Source of the DNA: an uncultured Trueperaceae bacterium
GTDB taxonomy: Bacteria > Deinococcota > Deinococci > Deinococcales > Trueperaceae
Direction: 5' to 3'
Length of the DNA: 64,000 nucleotides
Assembly (NCBI GenBank): GCA_963727505.1
Contig: CAVSGP010000002.1
Coordinates: forward strand, 256,001-320,000
Shown: piece by piece, positions 30,939 through 41,463 of the stretch
How positions within the stretch are numbered: the first letter of the stretch is position 1
Layout of the letters: each line of letters begins with the position of its first letter
Position numbers and translations under genes: made by a program
The notes under the pieces: generated by a model
Database searches by the model: none
What the model saw: the letters and a program-made list of their open reading frames with translations, nothing else
Told to the model about the DNA's origin: nothing

Positions 30939-32261
30939 TCACGCCACGTCCGCCAGCGCTCGTTCCATGAGGTCTGCGGCCTGGTCCACCTCGGCCGCGC
31001 TCACGATCAGCGGCGGCGAGACGCGGATGGCATTGCCGTACAGGCCCCCCTTCCCCAGCAGCAGCCCATGCTCGCGGGCAGCGTTGACGAAGGCGGTGGC
31101 GCGGGCCGCGTCGGGGGCCTTACCCCCGTCCGGGACCACGATCTCCAATCCCTGCATGAGCCCCATGCCGCGCACGTCGCCGATGAAGGGGTGACGGGCC
31201 TGGAGCGCCTCGAGGCGCTCCCTCAAGCGAGCGCCCTGGAGCGCCGCGTTCTTCGCAAGCTCGTGCTTCTCGATGTACTCGATGGTCGCCAGCGTCGCCG
31301 CCATGCTGACGGGATTTCCGCCGAAGGTGGCGATGGTGAGCTTGTCGACCGCGGCGGCGATCTCCGGCCTGGTCACCGTCACCCCGACCGGCGAGCCGTT
31401 GGCGATGCCCTTGGCGAAGACCATGATGTCGGGCTCGACGCCCCAATGATGAATCGCGCACATGTGATCGCCGGTCCGGCCCCAGCCGGTCTGCACTTCG
31501 TCGACGATGAGCAACCCACCCGCCTCCCGCACGATGGGGAGGATGCGCTTGAAGTAGTCGCGGGGCAGCACGATGAAACCACCGACGCCCTGGATGGGCT
31601 CGGCCATGAAGGCGGCGATCTTGCCATCGGTGACCGTCGCGAGCGTCTCCTCCAGATCCTGCACACACAGGTCCAGGAGCTTGTCCTCGTCCAGGCCCAG
31701 CGGCGCGCGGTAGACGTAGGGGCTGCGCACGTGCTTGATATAGCCGTCGTAGACGTGCCCCGAGCGCCAGGATGCGTGCCCGGTGAGGCTCATGGCGGTC
31801 TGGGTGCGACCGCTGTAGGCATGCCGCAGGGTGATGACCTCCGCGCGACCGGTGTACATCCGCGCCGTCATGATGGCGGTCTCGTTGGCTTCGCTCCCGG
31901 AGGAGGTGAAGAAGCTGCTCGACAGGCGGCCGGGGGTGATCTGCGCGATCTTCTCGGCGACGCGGACGGTGATCTCGTTGAGGTAGAGCGACGACGTGTG
32001 CTGCACCCTCTTGAGCTGCTCGATGGTCGCCTCGGTGACCTCGTCGTTGCAGTGCCCCACCGACACGGTAAGGATGCCGCCGAAGAAGTCGAGGTACTCG
32101 CGACCCTCCACATCCCACAGGCGCAGACCCTTGGCCTCCCGCACCGCCAGGGGGTGGTCGCCGTACATCAGCATCTTGCTGACGATCGGGTAGATGACCT
32201 CGCGTTGGCGCTCGAGCAACGCGTCCGTGGCCGCGGCCTGGTTCTGGGATTCGGTGATCAC
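30939..32261 (-). CDS. Class III aminotransferase (AGXT2-like, beta-alanine:pyruvate transaminase)
   Basis: YLDFFGGI.TVSVGHC, SGSEANE, EPIQGVGG, IVDEVQTGWGRTG, FAKGIANG, TFGGNP. Confidence 0.9.
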   Translation of the reverse strand: MITESQNQAAATDALLERQREVIYPIVSKMLMYGDHPLAVREAKGLRLWDVEGREYLDFFGGILTVSVGHCNDEVTEATIEQLKRVQHTSSLYLNEITVRVAEKIAQITPGRLSSSFFTSSGSEANETAIMTARMYTGRAEVITLRHAYSGRTQTAMSLTGHASWRSGHVYDGYIKHVRSPYVYRAPLGLDEDKLLDLCVQDLEETLATVTDGKIAAFMAEPIQGVGGFIVLPRDYFKRILPIVREAGGLLIVDEVQTGWGRTGDHMCAIHHWGVEPDIMVFAKGIANGSPVGVTVTRPEIAAAVDKLTIATFGGNPVSMAATLATIEYIEKHELAKNAALQGARLRERLEALQARHPFIGDVRGMGLMQGLEIVVPDGGKAPDAARATAFVNAAREHGLLLGKGGLYGNAIRVSPPLIVSAAEVDQAADLMERALADVA

Positions 32262-32289
32262 GCTGATCCTCCCTCGGGCGCGCGCGCCC

Positions 32290-33786
32290 TCAAAACGTGC
32301 GGCTCCAGTGATCGGGCCAGCGCTCGATCACGATCTTGGTCTGGGTATAGAACTCGACGCCGTGATGCGCCTGTGCGTGCAGATCGCCGAAGAAGCTCTC
32401 CCCCCAGCCGCTGAACGGGAAGAACGCCATCGGCGCCGCCACGCCCAGGTTGATGCCGATGTTGCCGGCGTGGACCTCATTGCGGAACTTGCGCGCCGCG
32501 GCGCCCGACGAAGTGAACAACGACGCCTGGTTGCCGTACGAACGGTCGTTGACGAGCGCGATGGCGTCCTCGATGGAATCGACGTGCATCATCGACAGCA
32601 CGGGGCCGAAGATCTCGGTGCGGGCGATCTCGCCACGCGGGTCGACCTCGTCGAGGATGGTGGGGTGGACGAAGTAGCCGTTCGCGAAGCCGTCCACGTC
32701 GCGCCCCCGGCCGTCGACCAGGAGCTTCGCTCCCTCCGCGACGCCCTTGTCCACCAGCCCCTCGATGCGCTGCTTGGACTCGGCCGTGATGACGGGCCCC
32801 ATCTCCACGCCGTCGTTCATGCCGTAACCGACCTTGCGACTGTCGGCGTTGGCGACCATCCGCTCCGTGAACTCGCCGCGCGCCTCCCCCACGGTGATGG
32901 CGACGGAAGTGGCGAGGCAGCGCTGCCCCGCGCACCCGAACACCGAGTCGGTCAGGATGCGACTGGTCATGGTCATGTCGGCGTCGGGGAGTACCACAGC
33001 CGGGTTCTTCGCGCCGCCCTGACACTGCGCACGCTTGCCGTTGGCGGTGGCGTGGCTGTAGATGTACTTGGCCACCGGGGTGGACCCCACGAACGACACC
33101 GCCTTGACGTCGGGGTGCTCGAGGATGGCGTCGACCGTCTCCTTGCCGCCATTGACCAGCCCGACCACGCCCTTGGGGAAGCCCGCCTCCTCCAGAAGGC
33201 GGAACAGCAGCTGGGTGGTCATCGGCACCTTCTCGCTCGGTTTGAGCAGGAAGCAGTTGCCGGTGGCGGTGGCATAGGGCAGGAACCACAGCGGGATCAT
33301 GCCGGGGAAGTTGAACGGCGTGACGGCAGCGACGACGCCGAGCGGCTGACGGATCATGTGCTCGTCGATGCCGCGCGCGATGTCCTCGTTGTTGCGCCCC
33401 TGCATGAGGATGGGGGCGCCGCAAGCGACCTCGACGTCCTCGATGCCCCGGCGCATCTCGGCTTCCGACTCGGCGAGCGTCTTCCCGCACTCCTTGGTGA
33501 TGCTGGCCGCCAACTCGTCGATATGGTCCTCGAGCAGCCTCTTGAGGCGGAAGAGCGGCTGGATGCGGTCCTCGACCGGCACCTGACGCCACTCGGCGAA
33601 GGCCCGGACCCCTTCGCGCACGGCGGCGTCCACCTCCCGCCTCGGGCTCATCGGCACCTTCGCGATCACCTCGCCCGTTGCCGGGTTGAGCACCTCCAGG
33701 CGCTCGCTGCTCGACGAGCGTTGCCACTCGCCGCCCACGTAGTTGAGGAGATCCTGCACCTGGGTCGCGCTGTGTTTCGCCGTCAT
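32290..33786 (-). CDS. mmsA: CoA-acylating (methyl)malonate-semialdehyde dehydrogenase
   Basis: [52 protein letters not shown]. Confidence 0.92.
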   Translation of the reverse strand: MTAKHSATQVQDLLNYVGGEWQRSSSSERLEVLNPATGEVIAKVPMSPRREVDAAVREGVRAFAEWRQVPVEDRIQPLFRLKRLLEDHIDELAASITKECGKTLAESEAEMRRGIEDVEVACGAPILMQGRNNEDIARGIDEHMIRQPLGVVAAVTPFNFPGMIPLWFLPYATATGNCFLLKPSEKVPMTTQLLFRLLEEAGFPKGVVGLVNGGKETVDAILEHPDVKAVSFVGSTPVAKYIYSHATANGKRAQCQGGAKNPAVVLPDADMTMTSRILTDSVFGCAGQRCLATSVAITVGEARGEFTERMVANADSRKVGYGMNDGVEMGPVITAESKQRIEGLVDKGVAEGAKLLVDGRGRDVDGFANGYFVHPTILDEVDPRGEIARTEIFGPVLSMMHVDSIEDAIALVNDRSYGNQASLFTSSGAAARKFRNEVHAGNIGINLGVAAPMAFFPFSGWGESFFGDLHAQAHHGVEFYTQTKIVIERWPDHWSRTF

Positions 33787-34096
33787 GGTTCGCCGCCCTT
33801 CGCTGTGGTCGTATGGCTGCGCCTGGGGGCGCTCGGGTTCTGCGTTGCCGCGGGTCCGTTCCGCTGCCGGGGGCTGCCGAGCCCCTGCCTTCGCCACCGC
33901 ACCGCGTCAGCGGTGGCTGCGATGCGACGCTCCCGGGTCTCCGTCTCTCTCGGTATGCCCACGACCACGACCCTCCCCCTCCGAGCGCCACGCCATGTGA
34001 ACCGCCGGTTCCCATCGAGCCACCGGCGCACCGACAGCCTGCCTGTGCGTTCTCGCTACCCTAGGACCTGGAGCGGGCGAGCGCTAGGTGTCGCCG

Positions 34097-35743
34097 TCAC
34101 AAATCAAGGGGCGATCGTTTGTTGGAAACCAACAAGGAGGCACGGCACGCGAGCTGCACGCGGAAGCGGGCCTCGGCATCGCTCAGGTCGAGACCGGTGA
34201 GCTCCCCGATGCGCGCGAGGCGGTACCGGAGCGTGTTGACGTGGACCCCCAACGCCGCGGCGGCCGGGCGCTGCTGGAAGCCGGACGCGGCCAGCGCCTC
34301 CAGCGTCTGGCACAGCTCCGGCTTGTCCTCGAGCGGGCGGTAGATCTCCTGCACGAGCAGGTCGCGGGCGGACGTGTCGCCCCGCAAGATGGCCAGGACG
34401 AGCGCCCCATCGACATGCTGGAGCTCACCGAAGCGCAGGCTCGAGACCACCGTGAGGACCTCCTGGTAGCCCTCGTGGATGCCAGCCAGGCCGATCACCG
34501 GGCGCCCGACGACCAGCGCGAGCATGTCCTTCTGCCGCGACCACGACAGCGCAGGGTCGCCGGCGATCTGGTCCCACAGGCGCTGCGGCGAGATTCGCTC
34601 CGGCAGCAGCAGGCGGATGTGCGCCGTCGATGGAGACAGCAACGGCACCGTCCCCTCCCGTCTCAGCACAAGGCGAAGATCGCCCAGCAAACGCTCCCGA
34701 AGCGCGAGGTCCTCCGTCGACAGGGGCTGCGGTACGGCCAGCGCCATCAAGGCCACCCGGTAGCGGCCGTCGGGTCGAAACCCGTGCAGCCGCGCCCGCT
34801 CGAGCAGCGCGTCGGCGCCGCCGTTCCCGTCCGCCCCGCCTTCGAGCAGCGAGTCCACGAAGGTGTGGCCGAGCTGGGAAACGGTGTGGGCGATGCTGCG
34901 CTGGTGCGCGATGGTCAGGCCCGCCACCAGCGCTGCGTGCTCCGAAGCTCGCGCCTCGAGCTCGCCCAAGGGGGCCTCCCCGCCCCAGATCCACACCCAG
35001 CCCTCCACCTTGTCGTGAATGCGGATGGGGCAGATCACGCCGGCTCCGCCGCGGCCGCCCACCGCCGGCACCCGTACGGCGCCGACCGTGGCCTGGCCGC
35101 GGTCGTGGAGCAGCTGGTCGGCGGCGTCGAGCCGCGCCGCCGCCAGCTCCTGCTCCACCTCGTGCCGCGAGCCGGCGCGAGTGTGCGCCCCGAGGAGCTG
35201 GCCCTGCGCGTCCTCGAAAGCGACGTCGCGCCCCAGCAGGGAGCCGAGGCTGCTGGCGAGGTCCTCGAGGCTTCCCAGCGCCATGGCCGCGCGCGTCACC
35301 GTGCGATGGATCTGCTCGCTCCGCTGGATGGCCCGCAGCTGCTGCTCGATGACGTCGTACTGCTCCCGGAAGATGGCCGAGTTCAGCTCGAGCGTCAACT
35401 CCGAGAACGGGATCTCCCACGGGATCTCGAGCATCGGCAGGTGGTGGCGCGCGGCCTCCTCGTTGGCCGGCGCCGGAACGCGGTCGATGTACTGCGGCAC
35501 CGCCACGCCGATGGCGGCCACCCCGCGACCCGCCAGGCCCCTGACGAGCAGCTGCTGCTCGTACTCGGTCCTGGGCCAGGCGTAACCCGTCGTCAGCACG
35601 AGCTGGTCGGCGCGCACGAACGGCAAGGGTTGCGGGTGGTCGACGGCGGCCACCACCTTCACCGACCGGTACAGGTGGTCGGCGCCCGCCACCACGCGAG
35701 CTCCGTTCAGGATAGGAAGCTCCAGCAGGCCTGCTACGTCCAC
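34097..35743 (-). CDS. PucR family transcriptional regulator
   Basis: N-terminal PucR ligand domain (LVLTTG), GAF-like middle, C-terminal LGVHVNTLRYRLARI HTH. Confidence 0.93.
   Translation of the reverse strand: MDVAGLLELPILNGARVVAGADHLYRSVKVVAAVDHPQPLPFVRADQLVLTTGYAWPRTEYEQQLLVRGLAGRGVAAIGVAVPQYIDRVPAPANEEAARHHLPMLEIPWEIPFSELTLELNSAIFREQYDVIEQQLRAIQRSEQIHRTVTRAAMALGSLEDLASSLGSLLGRDVAFEDAQGQLLGAHTRAGSRHEVEQELAAARLDAADQLLHDRGQATVGAVRVPAVGGRGGAGVICPIRIHDKVEGWVWIWGGEAPLGELEARASEHAALVAGLTIAHQRSIAHTVSQLGHTFVDSLLEGGADGNGGADALLERARLHGFRPDGRYRVALMALAVPQPLSTEDLALRERLLGDLRLVLRREGTVPLLSPSTAHIRLLLPERISPQRLWDQIAGDPALSWSRQKDMLALVVGRPVIGLAGIHEGYQEVLTVVSSLRFGELQHVDGALVLAILRGDTSARDLLVQEIYRPLEDKPELCQTLEALAASGFQQRPAAAALGVHVNTLRYRLARIGELTGLDLSDAEARFRVQLACRASLLVSNKRSPLDL
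34119..34135. promoter_or_regulatory. Putative PucR/CdaR-type activator site inside the 3' end of pucR, upstream of mmsA
   Basis: Perfect palindrome TTGTTGG-AAA-CCAACAA. Confidence 0.6.
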
Positions 35744-35915
35744 GATGCGACCTCATCAGCGCCGCGCGGACGCGCGCTGCGGGCGTTGGCGCCGTACGCG
35801 CGGGCCGCGAACGCGACCGGATCGTCCGGCAGGCGCGCCGCACGGTCCGGGCGGCGATACGGGATGGCGCGAGCTTAGCACCCGGCGACGCGACGGGCCC
35901 TGATAGCATCGCGCC

Positions 35916-37337
35916 ATGCCGCGATCTCCTACGTCCTGGCGCCAGACCTACGAGCGTCACCTGTCCGCCTTGCAGGCACGCACCGGCGTGCCCGGCATCG
36001 GGGTCACGCTGTTCACGGCTGACGACGTGCTGCTATCGCGCGGGCTGGGCTTCCGCGACCGCGAGGCCGGCTTGCCCGTGACCGATGACACCCTCTTCGG
36101 CGTCGCCTCCATCACCAAGTCGTTCACGGCGCTGGCCGTGCTTCAGCTCGTGACCGACGGCCGCTTGAGCCTCGACGATGCCGTCTCCGAGCACCTGCCG
36201 TTCACGTTGTGGGACGGCCGCGAGCCCGCGCGCATCCGCCACTTCCTCAGCCACACCAGCGGCCTTCCCGCGCTCCCGACGATGGATTGGGTGCGCGCGC
36301 CCAGCCAGCTCGGCGACCCGGTGACGGGCAGCCAGGCCGAGAAGCAGGTCGCGAACCCCGGGCCCGACGTCCGTACCGCCGAGCGGTTGGTCGCCTGGAT
36401 CGACGCCAACGCGGTGCTACTGGGCGAGCCCGGCGAGGTGTTCAGCTACAGCAACGACGCCTTCTGCCTGCTGGGCGCCATCGTGGAGCGCGTGGCGGGC
36501 CAGCCCTTCGACGGCTTCGTGGAGGAGCGGATCGCCCGGCCGCTGGGCATGGCGCGCACCACCTTCGACCTCGAGCGCGTGCTGGCGGACCCGGACCACA
36601 GCACGCTGTACGAACGAGACGAGACCGGGACGGTACTGCGCTCGCCGCGGTGGGAGACCACGGCGCGCCTGCTCGGCGGTGGCATGCTCAAGTCCACCCT
36701 CGGCGACCTGCGCCGCCACGTGCGCTACCTGGTGGCCCCTGAGGGCCTCGACCGTCGATCCGGCGGTCCGGACATCGACCCCGAGCTCGTGCACGCCATG
36801 TCGGGCGCACACACCTGGTCCGGGCCCGGCCGGACGTACGGATTCGGGCTCATCACGCAAACCGATCACCACGGCATGACGCTGGTGGGGCACGGCGGCA
36901 GCCTCAAGGGGGTGTCGAGCCAGATCGGTTGGGTACCGGAGCTCGGGATCGGCGGCGTGGTGCTGAGCAACCTCGTCGACATCCCCGCCGAAGGGGTGTG
37001 GGTGTCGGGCGTGAACGCGCGTACCGGCGTGCCGGTGGACGCCCGCCCGTACGCCCCTGGAAGCTACGCCGCCAGCGCCGCCGAGGTGGCGGCCGTGCTC
37101 GGACGTTACGCGTCCGGAGAGCCGTACGGGCGGCTGCGCCTCTACTTGGACGAGGGCGGCGCCCTGCGTGCCGGCGTGGGCGCTCCCGAGAAGGACGTCC
37201 CCGCCCGCTTCGCCGCCGCCGACGAGATCGCCCTGACGTTCCCCGAACACGAGGCCCCGGTCACGCTCCTGCGGGGCGAGGACGGCGAGCTGCGCGGCGT
37301 GACGTACGGCTTGCGGGCGCTTCTGCGCGAGGCGTAG
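35916..37337 (+). CDS. Serine hydrolase (class C beta-lactamase/D-aminopeptidase family), no signal peptide
   Basis: SITK (SxxK), FLSHTSG, FSYSN, GHGG. Leaderless TAGCAT-N6-ATG. Confidence 0.9.
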   Translation: MPRSPTSWRQTYERHLSALQARTGVPGIGVTLFTADDVLLSRGLGFRDREAGLPVTDDTLFGVASITKSFTALAVLQLVTDGRLSLDDAVSEHLPFTLWDGREPARIRHFLSHTSGLPALPTMDWVRAPSQLGDPVTGSQAEKQVANPGPDVRTAERLVAWIDANAVLLGEPGEVFSYSNDAFCLLGAIVERVAGQPFDGFVEERIARPLGMARTTFDLERVLADPDHSTLYERDETGTVLRSPRWETTARLLGGGMLKSTLGDLRRHVRYLVAPEGLDRRSGGPDIDPELVHAMSGAHTWSGPGRTYGFGLITQTDHHGMTLVGHGGSLKGVSSQIGWVPELGIGGVVLSNLVDIPAEGVWVSGVNARTGVPVDARPYAPGSYAASAAEVAAVLGRYASGEPYGRLRLYLDEGGALRAGVGAPEKDVPARFAAADEIALTFPEHEAPVTLLRGEDGELRGVTYGLRALLREA

Positions 37338-37365
37338 AGGGCTCACGCGGGCCCCGCCGCGACGC

Positions 37366-38376
37366 TCAGCGCAACCTGACGGGGTAGGTCGCCGCGGCGT
37401 CGTTCTGCGGTAGATCCGAGGGGTTGTCGCGCCTGAGCACCAGTGTGGCGGCGACGGGAGCCTCGATCTGGTAGGGGATCTCCGCCTCGAAGGGCACGAA
37501 CCCCATCGTCATCCAATCGCCGATCGCCGTCGCCCGGCCTGACGCGATCACGACGCCGTCCGGACCGATCAACTCGAGCGGGAACGTCGCCTCGAAGAAC
37601 CAGACGCCGCGCGCCTCGCCGCGCACGTGCAGGGGGCTGGTGGCCGGGTCCGGTACGTCCACCCGCACGAAGTCGCTGAGGTCCCCGGATCCTCGGTCCG
37701 GCCACACGATGCTCCGGCCGTCGAACGCGACACTGCCGAGGACCTTCCCGAACAGCCCCTCGACGTGTGCGAGGTCGCCGTCGGTGAAGGCCTTCACCGC
37801 GCCGGGCGCGTAGTTCTCGAACCGCGAGAGCCATACGCTGGTCTCGAACTCCCAGCACGCTCCGCCCGCGCTCAGCCGCAGGAGCTGGCCCGTCGTGTAG
37901 CTGCCGGCGGCGCCCTCACCGACGTCACCGAAGCGCGACGTGGCGGGGCCCGTCGGCGCAAGGTCGTCCGTCGTGTCGAGCGGCATCCGCACGGCCGGCT
38001 GCAGCCCCGTCCAACCGCTCGGCTGAGCGAGCAGGCACGAGGTCACGCTCCTGAGGTCCCCGCGCCGCTTGATCGCCATGCCGGCCGACCTCAGGTTCGT
38101 GCCGGCGTACGCGCTCGGGCGCACGTACAGGCAGACGTCGAACCCCTCCCGACAGGCCGTGGGGCGGTCGCCCGGCGCCAGTTCCCCCGGTGTCCACGCC
38201 AGGCCGAGATCTTCGGAGGGAACGATGGTGACGTGCCCACCGGGTAGCGTGAGCGTGGTGACGTCGCCGGCTGCGAGGGCGAACGAGGCCGGCGCACCCA
38301 GGATCGGCCAGGCCACGACCAGCGCCGCCGCCACCCTTCGGGCCACGGCACGCACAACCCTCGGCACGTCCGCCAT
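37366..38376 (-). CDS. Secreted protein with C-terminal Gmad2 Ig-like domain
   Basis: Signal peptide. SPLHVRGEARGVWFFEATFP..DWMTMGFVPF..DNPSDLP. Confidence 0.75.
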   Translation of the reverse strand: MADVPRVVRAVARRVAAALVVAWPILGAPASFALAAGDVTTLTLPGGHVTIVPSEDLGLAWTPGELAPGDRPTACREGFDVCLYVRPSAYAGTNLRSAGMAIKRRGDLRSVTSCLLAQPSGWTGLQPAVRMPLDTTDDLAPTGPATSRFGDVGEGAAGSYTTGQLLRLSAGGACWEFETSVWLSRFENYAPGAVKAFTDGDLAHVEGLFGKVLGSVAFDGRSIVWPDRGSGDLSDFVRVDVPDPATSPLHVRGEARGVWFFEATFPLELIGPDGVVIASGRATAIGDWMTMGFVPFEAEIPYQIEAPVAATLVLRRDNPSDLPQNDAAATYPVRLR

Positions 38377-38593
38377 CGTTCACCCCCTGCGAAGACTCCC
38401 CGGCACGACTACCTTCTCCCCTACTCTACGGAGGGCGACCCACCCCAAGGCGGCGTGGCGCACGGTGTCGGCGCTCGACCCGCCAGAGGGCCCGCTGGGC
38501 GATGCGCGTCGCGAAACGGCTCGTCCGGCATACGCGCGGGCGCCGGGGGTTGTGCCGGCCTCCGTCGCCTTGCCCGGCATCTAGGACGTCGTG

Positions 38594-39892
38594 TTACGGC
38601 GTGCGGATCGGCACATCGGCTGGGGGCGGGCTGAACGCAAAGCCCAAGCCGTCAACGCCACCTATACCGGTGACCGTCACGGCGGGCGTGGTCGACACGC
38701 TGCCCGACAACGCATCGGGGTTCATGAACTCCAGCAGTTCCGAGGGGTACCCGTTCCCAACCCACAGGTTGCCGCTAGCGTCGAAGGCCATCCCCGCAAG
38801 CTCGGCGCCGCTGGCGAACGAGGCGCTCGCGATGGTCGCCGCCGGCGTGGGGCTCCCCGACGACCCGAGCTGGGCGGCGTCGAAACGCACCACCGTGGCA
38901 TTGCCGTTGTTCGCAACCCACAGGTTCCCGCTGGCGTCGAAGGCCATCCCCTCGGGCCCGGACAGGCTCGGGGTGGCGTTCGCGTTGATGGTCACCGTCG
39001 GCGTGGGGCTCCCGCTGGCGGTCAACTGCGATGGCGTGAACTCCACCACCGTGCTGCTGCCCAAATTGCCGATCCACAAGTCTCCGGACGCATCGAACGC
39101 CAGTGCGATCGGCGTCAACAGGCTCGGCGTGGCGTTGGCGCTGAGGACCACGGCCGCGGTTGCCGCTCCGCTCGTGCTGAGTTGCGCGGGTGTGTACTCC
39201 AACACCTGACCGGTATGCGGCGAGGTTGCCCACAGGTCACCCGAGGCATCGAAGGCCAGGCCTCCCAGGCAGCTGTACGCCGTGGCGTCGATCGTCACCG
39301 CTGGCGTGGGCGTGCCCGAACTCGCCAGCTGAGCCGCGTCGTAGCGATAGGCGTAGCCGCCACAGTCCGCGACCCACATGTTCCCGGCGTGATCGAAGGC
39401 GATGGCTTCACCGCGGGGGGTGCCCCCCATCCCGAGCGTCACGTCAGGTGAGGGTGAGCCGGAACCCACCAGGCTCACGCTCGGATACGACGCTGCTTCG
39501 AGAGAACCGTTCCACTGCGGGACCCACACATGCCCCGAACCGATCCGAACCGCGTAACTGACCGCCGTGGACACACTGGCGTTCGACGTCACCGCAAGGG
39601 TCGTCGACGACGCGGCGCCGTCGTAAGCCACCGGCACGATTGGGTTCCCTCCCGTGGTGGGCAACACCGTCACCGAGTACGTTCCTGGCGCCACGCTCAA
39701 TGTGGTGGTGCTAGTGACGGTCTGCGCGTACCCGCCCGGGCCCGTCACGATCACCTTGCCCACGACGCTCGAAGGTAACCCGTTCAGCGTCACCTTCAGG
39801 TTCCCCTTCGGAGTCGAGGAAGAACAGGCGGCCAGCGCCACCATCAACAGCAAGGCCAGAACCGACAGCGTTGCGACACGAACGCGTCTCAT
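38594..39892 (-). CDS. NHL-repeat (beta-propeller) lipoprotein
   Basis: Lipobox LAAC. Five repeats of (I/L/M)AFD(A/H)(S/A)G(N/D)(L/M)W. AAAGGGG RBS before ATG 39892. Confidence 0.85.
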   Translation of the reverse strand: MRRVRVATLSVLALLLMVALAACSSSTPKGNLKVTLNGLPSSVVGKVIVTGPGGYAQTVTSTTTLSVAPGTYSVTVLPTTGGNPIVPVAYDGAASSTTLAVTSNASVSTAVSYAVRIGSGHVWVPQWNGSLEAASYPSVSLVGSGSPSPDVTLGMGGTPRGEAIAFDHAGNMWVADCGGYAYRYDAAQLASSGTPTPAVTIDATAYSCLGGLAFDASGDLWATSPHTGQVLEYTPAQLSTSGAATAAVVLSANATPSLLTPIALAFDASGDLWIGNLGSSTVVEFTPSQLTASGSPTPTVTINANATPSLSGPEGMAFDASGNLWVANNGNATVVRFDAAQLGSSGSPTPAATIASASFASGAELAGMAFDASGNLWVGNGYPSELLEFMNPDALSGSVSTTPAVTVTGIGGVDGLGFAFSPPPADVPIRTP

Positions 39893-40075
39893 GTCAGCCC
39901 CCTTTCTGGATGTGCTTACCAACCGAAGTCTAGACCAACGGCGCACACAAGCCAGCAAGAAGCGTCTCGGGCGATCGGGGTGCCCGGGTGATCGCATGGA
40001 GCCCTCGGCCACGACACGCCCAGCCAGGTACCGGGGCGGCGGCCCGAGCTCCAGGCCGTTGACCCACCAGGAATC

Positions 40076-40091
40076 TCTGACTAAAGTCAGA
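40076..40091. promoter_or_regulatory. Palindromic operator over the leaderless promoter of the MarR-GNAT gene
   Basis: TCTGACT-AA-AGTCAGA containing a TAAAGT -10, 5 nt before the ATG. Confidence 0.7.
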
Positions 40092-40092
40092 T

Positions 40093-40971
40093 ATGGATCG
40101 TGGAGCGCTCCAACACGTCCGGAGCTTCAACCGTGCCGTCACGCGGCAGGTCGGCGCCCTCGAGGAGGCCTTCCTCGGTCGCCCGCGCAGCATCGGCGCC
40201 TCCAGGCTGCTGTTCGAGATCGGACCGCACGGCGCCGAGGTGCGCGCGTTGCGCGGCCGCCTCGGGCTCGACTCGGGCTACCTCAGCCGCCTGCTCAGCT
40301 CCTTGGAGGACGAGGGCCTCGTCCGCCTCGGTCAGTCGCAACGGGACGGAAGGATACGCGTGGCGCGCCTCACCGCCGCCGGCGTACGGGAGCACGAGCT
40401 GCTCGATCGGCGATCCGACGCTGCAGCGGAAGCGCAGCTCGGCGCGCTCGACGAGAAGCGTCGGCAGCACCTGGTGAAGGCGATGCAGACCGTCGAGCGC
40501 CTGCTCCGCGCAGGGGCGGTGCAGGTCGGGGTGGCGGACGCCGCCAGCACCGCCGCGCAGACGTGCCTGGCCCGCTACTACCGGGAGCTCGCCGAACGCT
40601 TCCCTTCGGGATTCGACCCCACGCGCAGCATCCGCACCACTGCCCAGGACATGAATCCCCCGCTCGGGCGCTTCGTCCTCGCCCGGCTGGACGGGGCTAG
40701 CGTCGGTTGCGGTGGCCTGCTCCTCACCGGCGAAGTCCCCTACCTCAAGCGCATGTGGGTGGATCCCGAAGCGCGGGGCCTCGGCATCGGCAGGCGCATC
40801 CTGGCAACGCTCGAGGACCTCGCCCGGGACCACGGCGCGACCCGCGTGCAGCTCGAGACCAACGCCTCCCTCACGGAGGCGCTGGCGCTCTACCGCGGCA
40901 GCGGGTACCGCGAGGTCGCGCCCTTCAACGCCGAGCCCTACGCACAGCACTGGTTCGAGAAGGACCTCTGA
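40093..40971 (+). CDS. Bifunctional MarR HTH / GNAT N-acetyltransferase
   Basis: VRSFNR, LGLDSGYLSRLL, DGRIR. KRMWVDPEARGLGIG, ALYRGSGY, HWFEK. Confidence 0.92.
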   Translation: MDRGALQHVRSFNRAVTRQVGALEEAFLGRPRSIGASRLLFEIGPHGAEVRALRGRLGLDSGYLSRLLSSLEDEGLVRLGQSQRDGRIRVARLTAAGVREHELLDRRSDAAAEAQLGALDEKRRQHLVKAMQTVERLLRAGAVQVGVADAASTAAQTCLARYYRELAERFPSGFDPTRSIRTTAQDMNPPLGRFVLARLDGASVGCGGLLLTGEVPYLKRMWVDPEARGLGIGRRILATLEDLARDHGATRVQLETNASLTEALALYRGSGYREVAPFNAEPYAQHWFEKDL

Positions 40972-41463
40972 CGCGCGTGGCCACCACGCTCCCACGGCGG
41001 CTCCGAGCGGCCCCGACACGGAGTCGGGTTGCCCCACCGCCCTAGACGCTGGCTAAACGGGCCTTCCCTAGGCTGACACCGTATCGACGCGGAAGAGGGG
41101 TTCGCACCTTCGGCGCGTGCCGCTGCATCTGAAGTGGGATCCCATGCCGTCCCGTCGGTGGTCCGTTCTCGCCGTTCCCGTTCTCGCCGCTGCCATGGCG
41201 CTGACGGCCGGCGTCGTGCTCCAAGCGAACACCTCCGGCGTCGCGCTCTCCAGCACGGCCCAGACCGACCTGACCGCGGCCAGCTCGCTCACGATGACCG
41301 GGGCAGCGTGACGGGCCTGACCGATATCGCTTTCTACGCCGCCGGCGGAGACGTCCCCGAACGGTCCGACCGCCGGCCCGACGGGGCTCCGGCGTGTAGC
41401 CCTGCGCGTTGCCCACCGTTAGGTGTGCGCGGAGCGGAGAGGCTCGCCCCATGAGCTACGAAC

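Noticed and set aside
29331..34200. Very long + strand ORFs (1027 aa, 668 aa) and similar antisense ORFs elsewhere
   Set aside because: Shadow frames opposite well-supported genes, expected at high GC. No motifs.
39960..40015. Second c-di-GMP-II riboswitch before the NHL lipoprotein (GCGAUC-acCCGGGCACccc-GAUCGC)
   Set aside because: The conserved 3' GAGCYAGU..GCAACCGAC segment is missing.
41117..41400. Small secreted-looking ORF (MPSRRWSVLAVPV...)
   Set aside because: Short, no RBS, possibly a decayed fragment. It cannot be supported as a gene.
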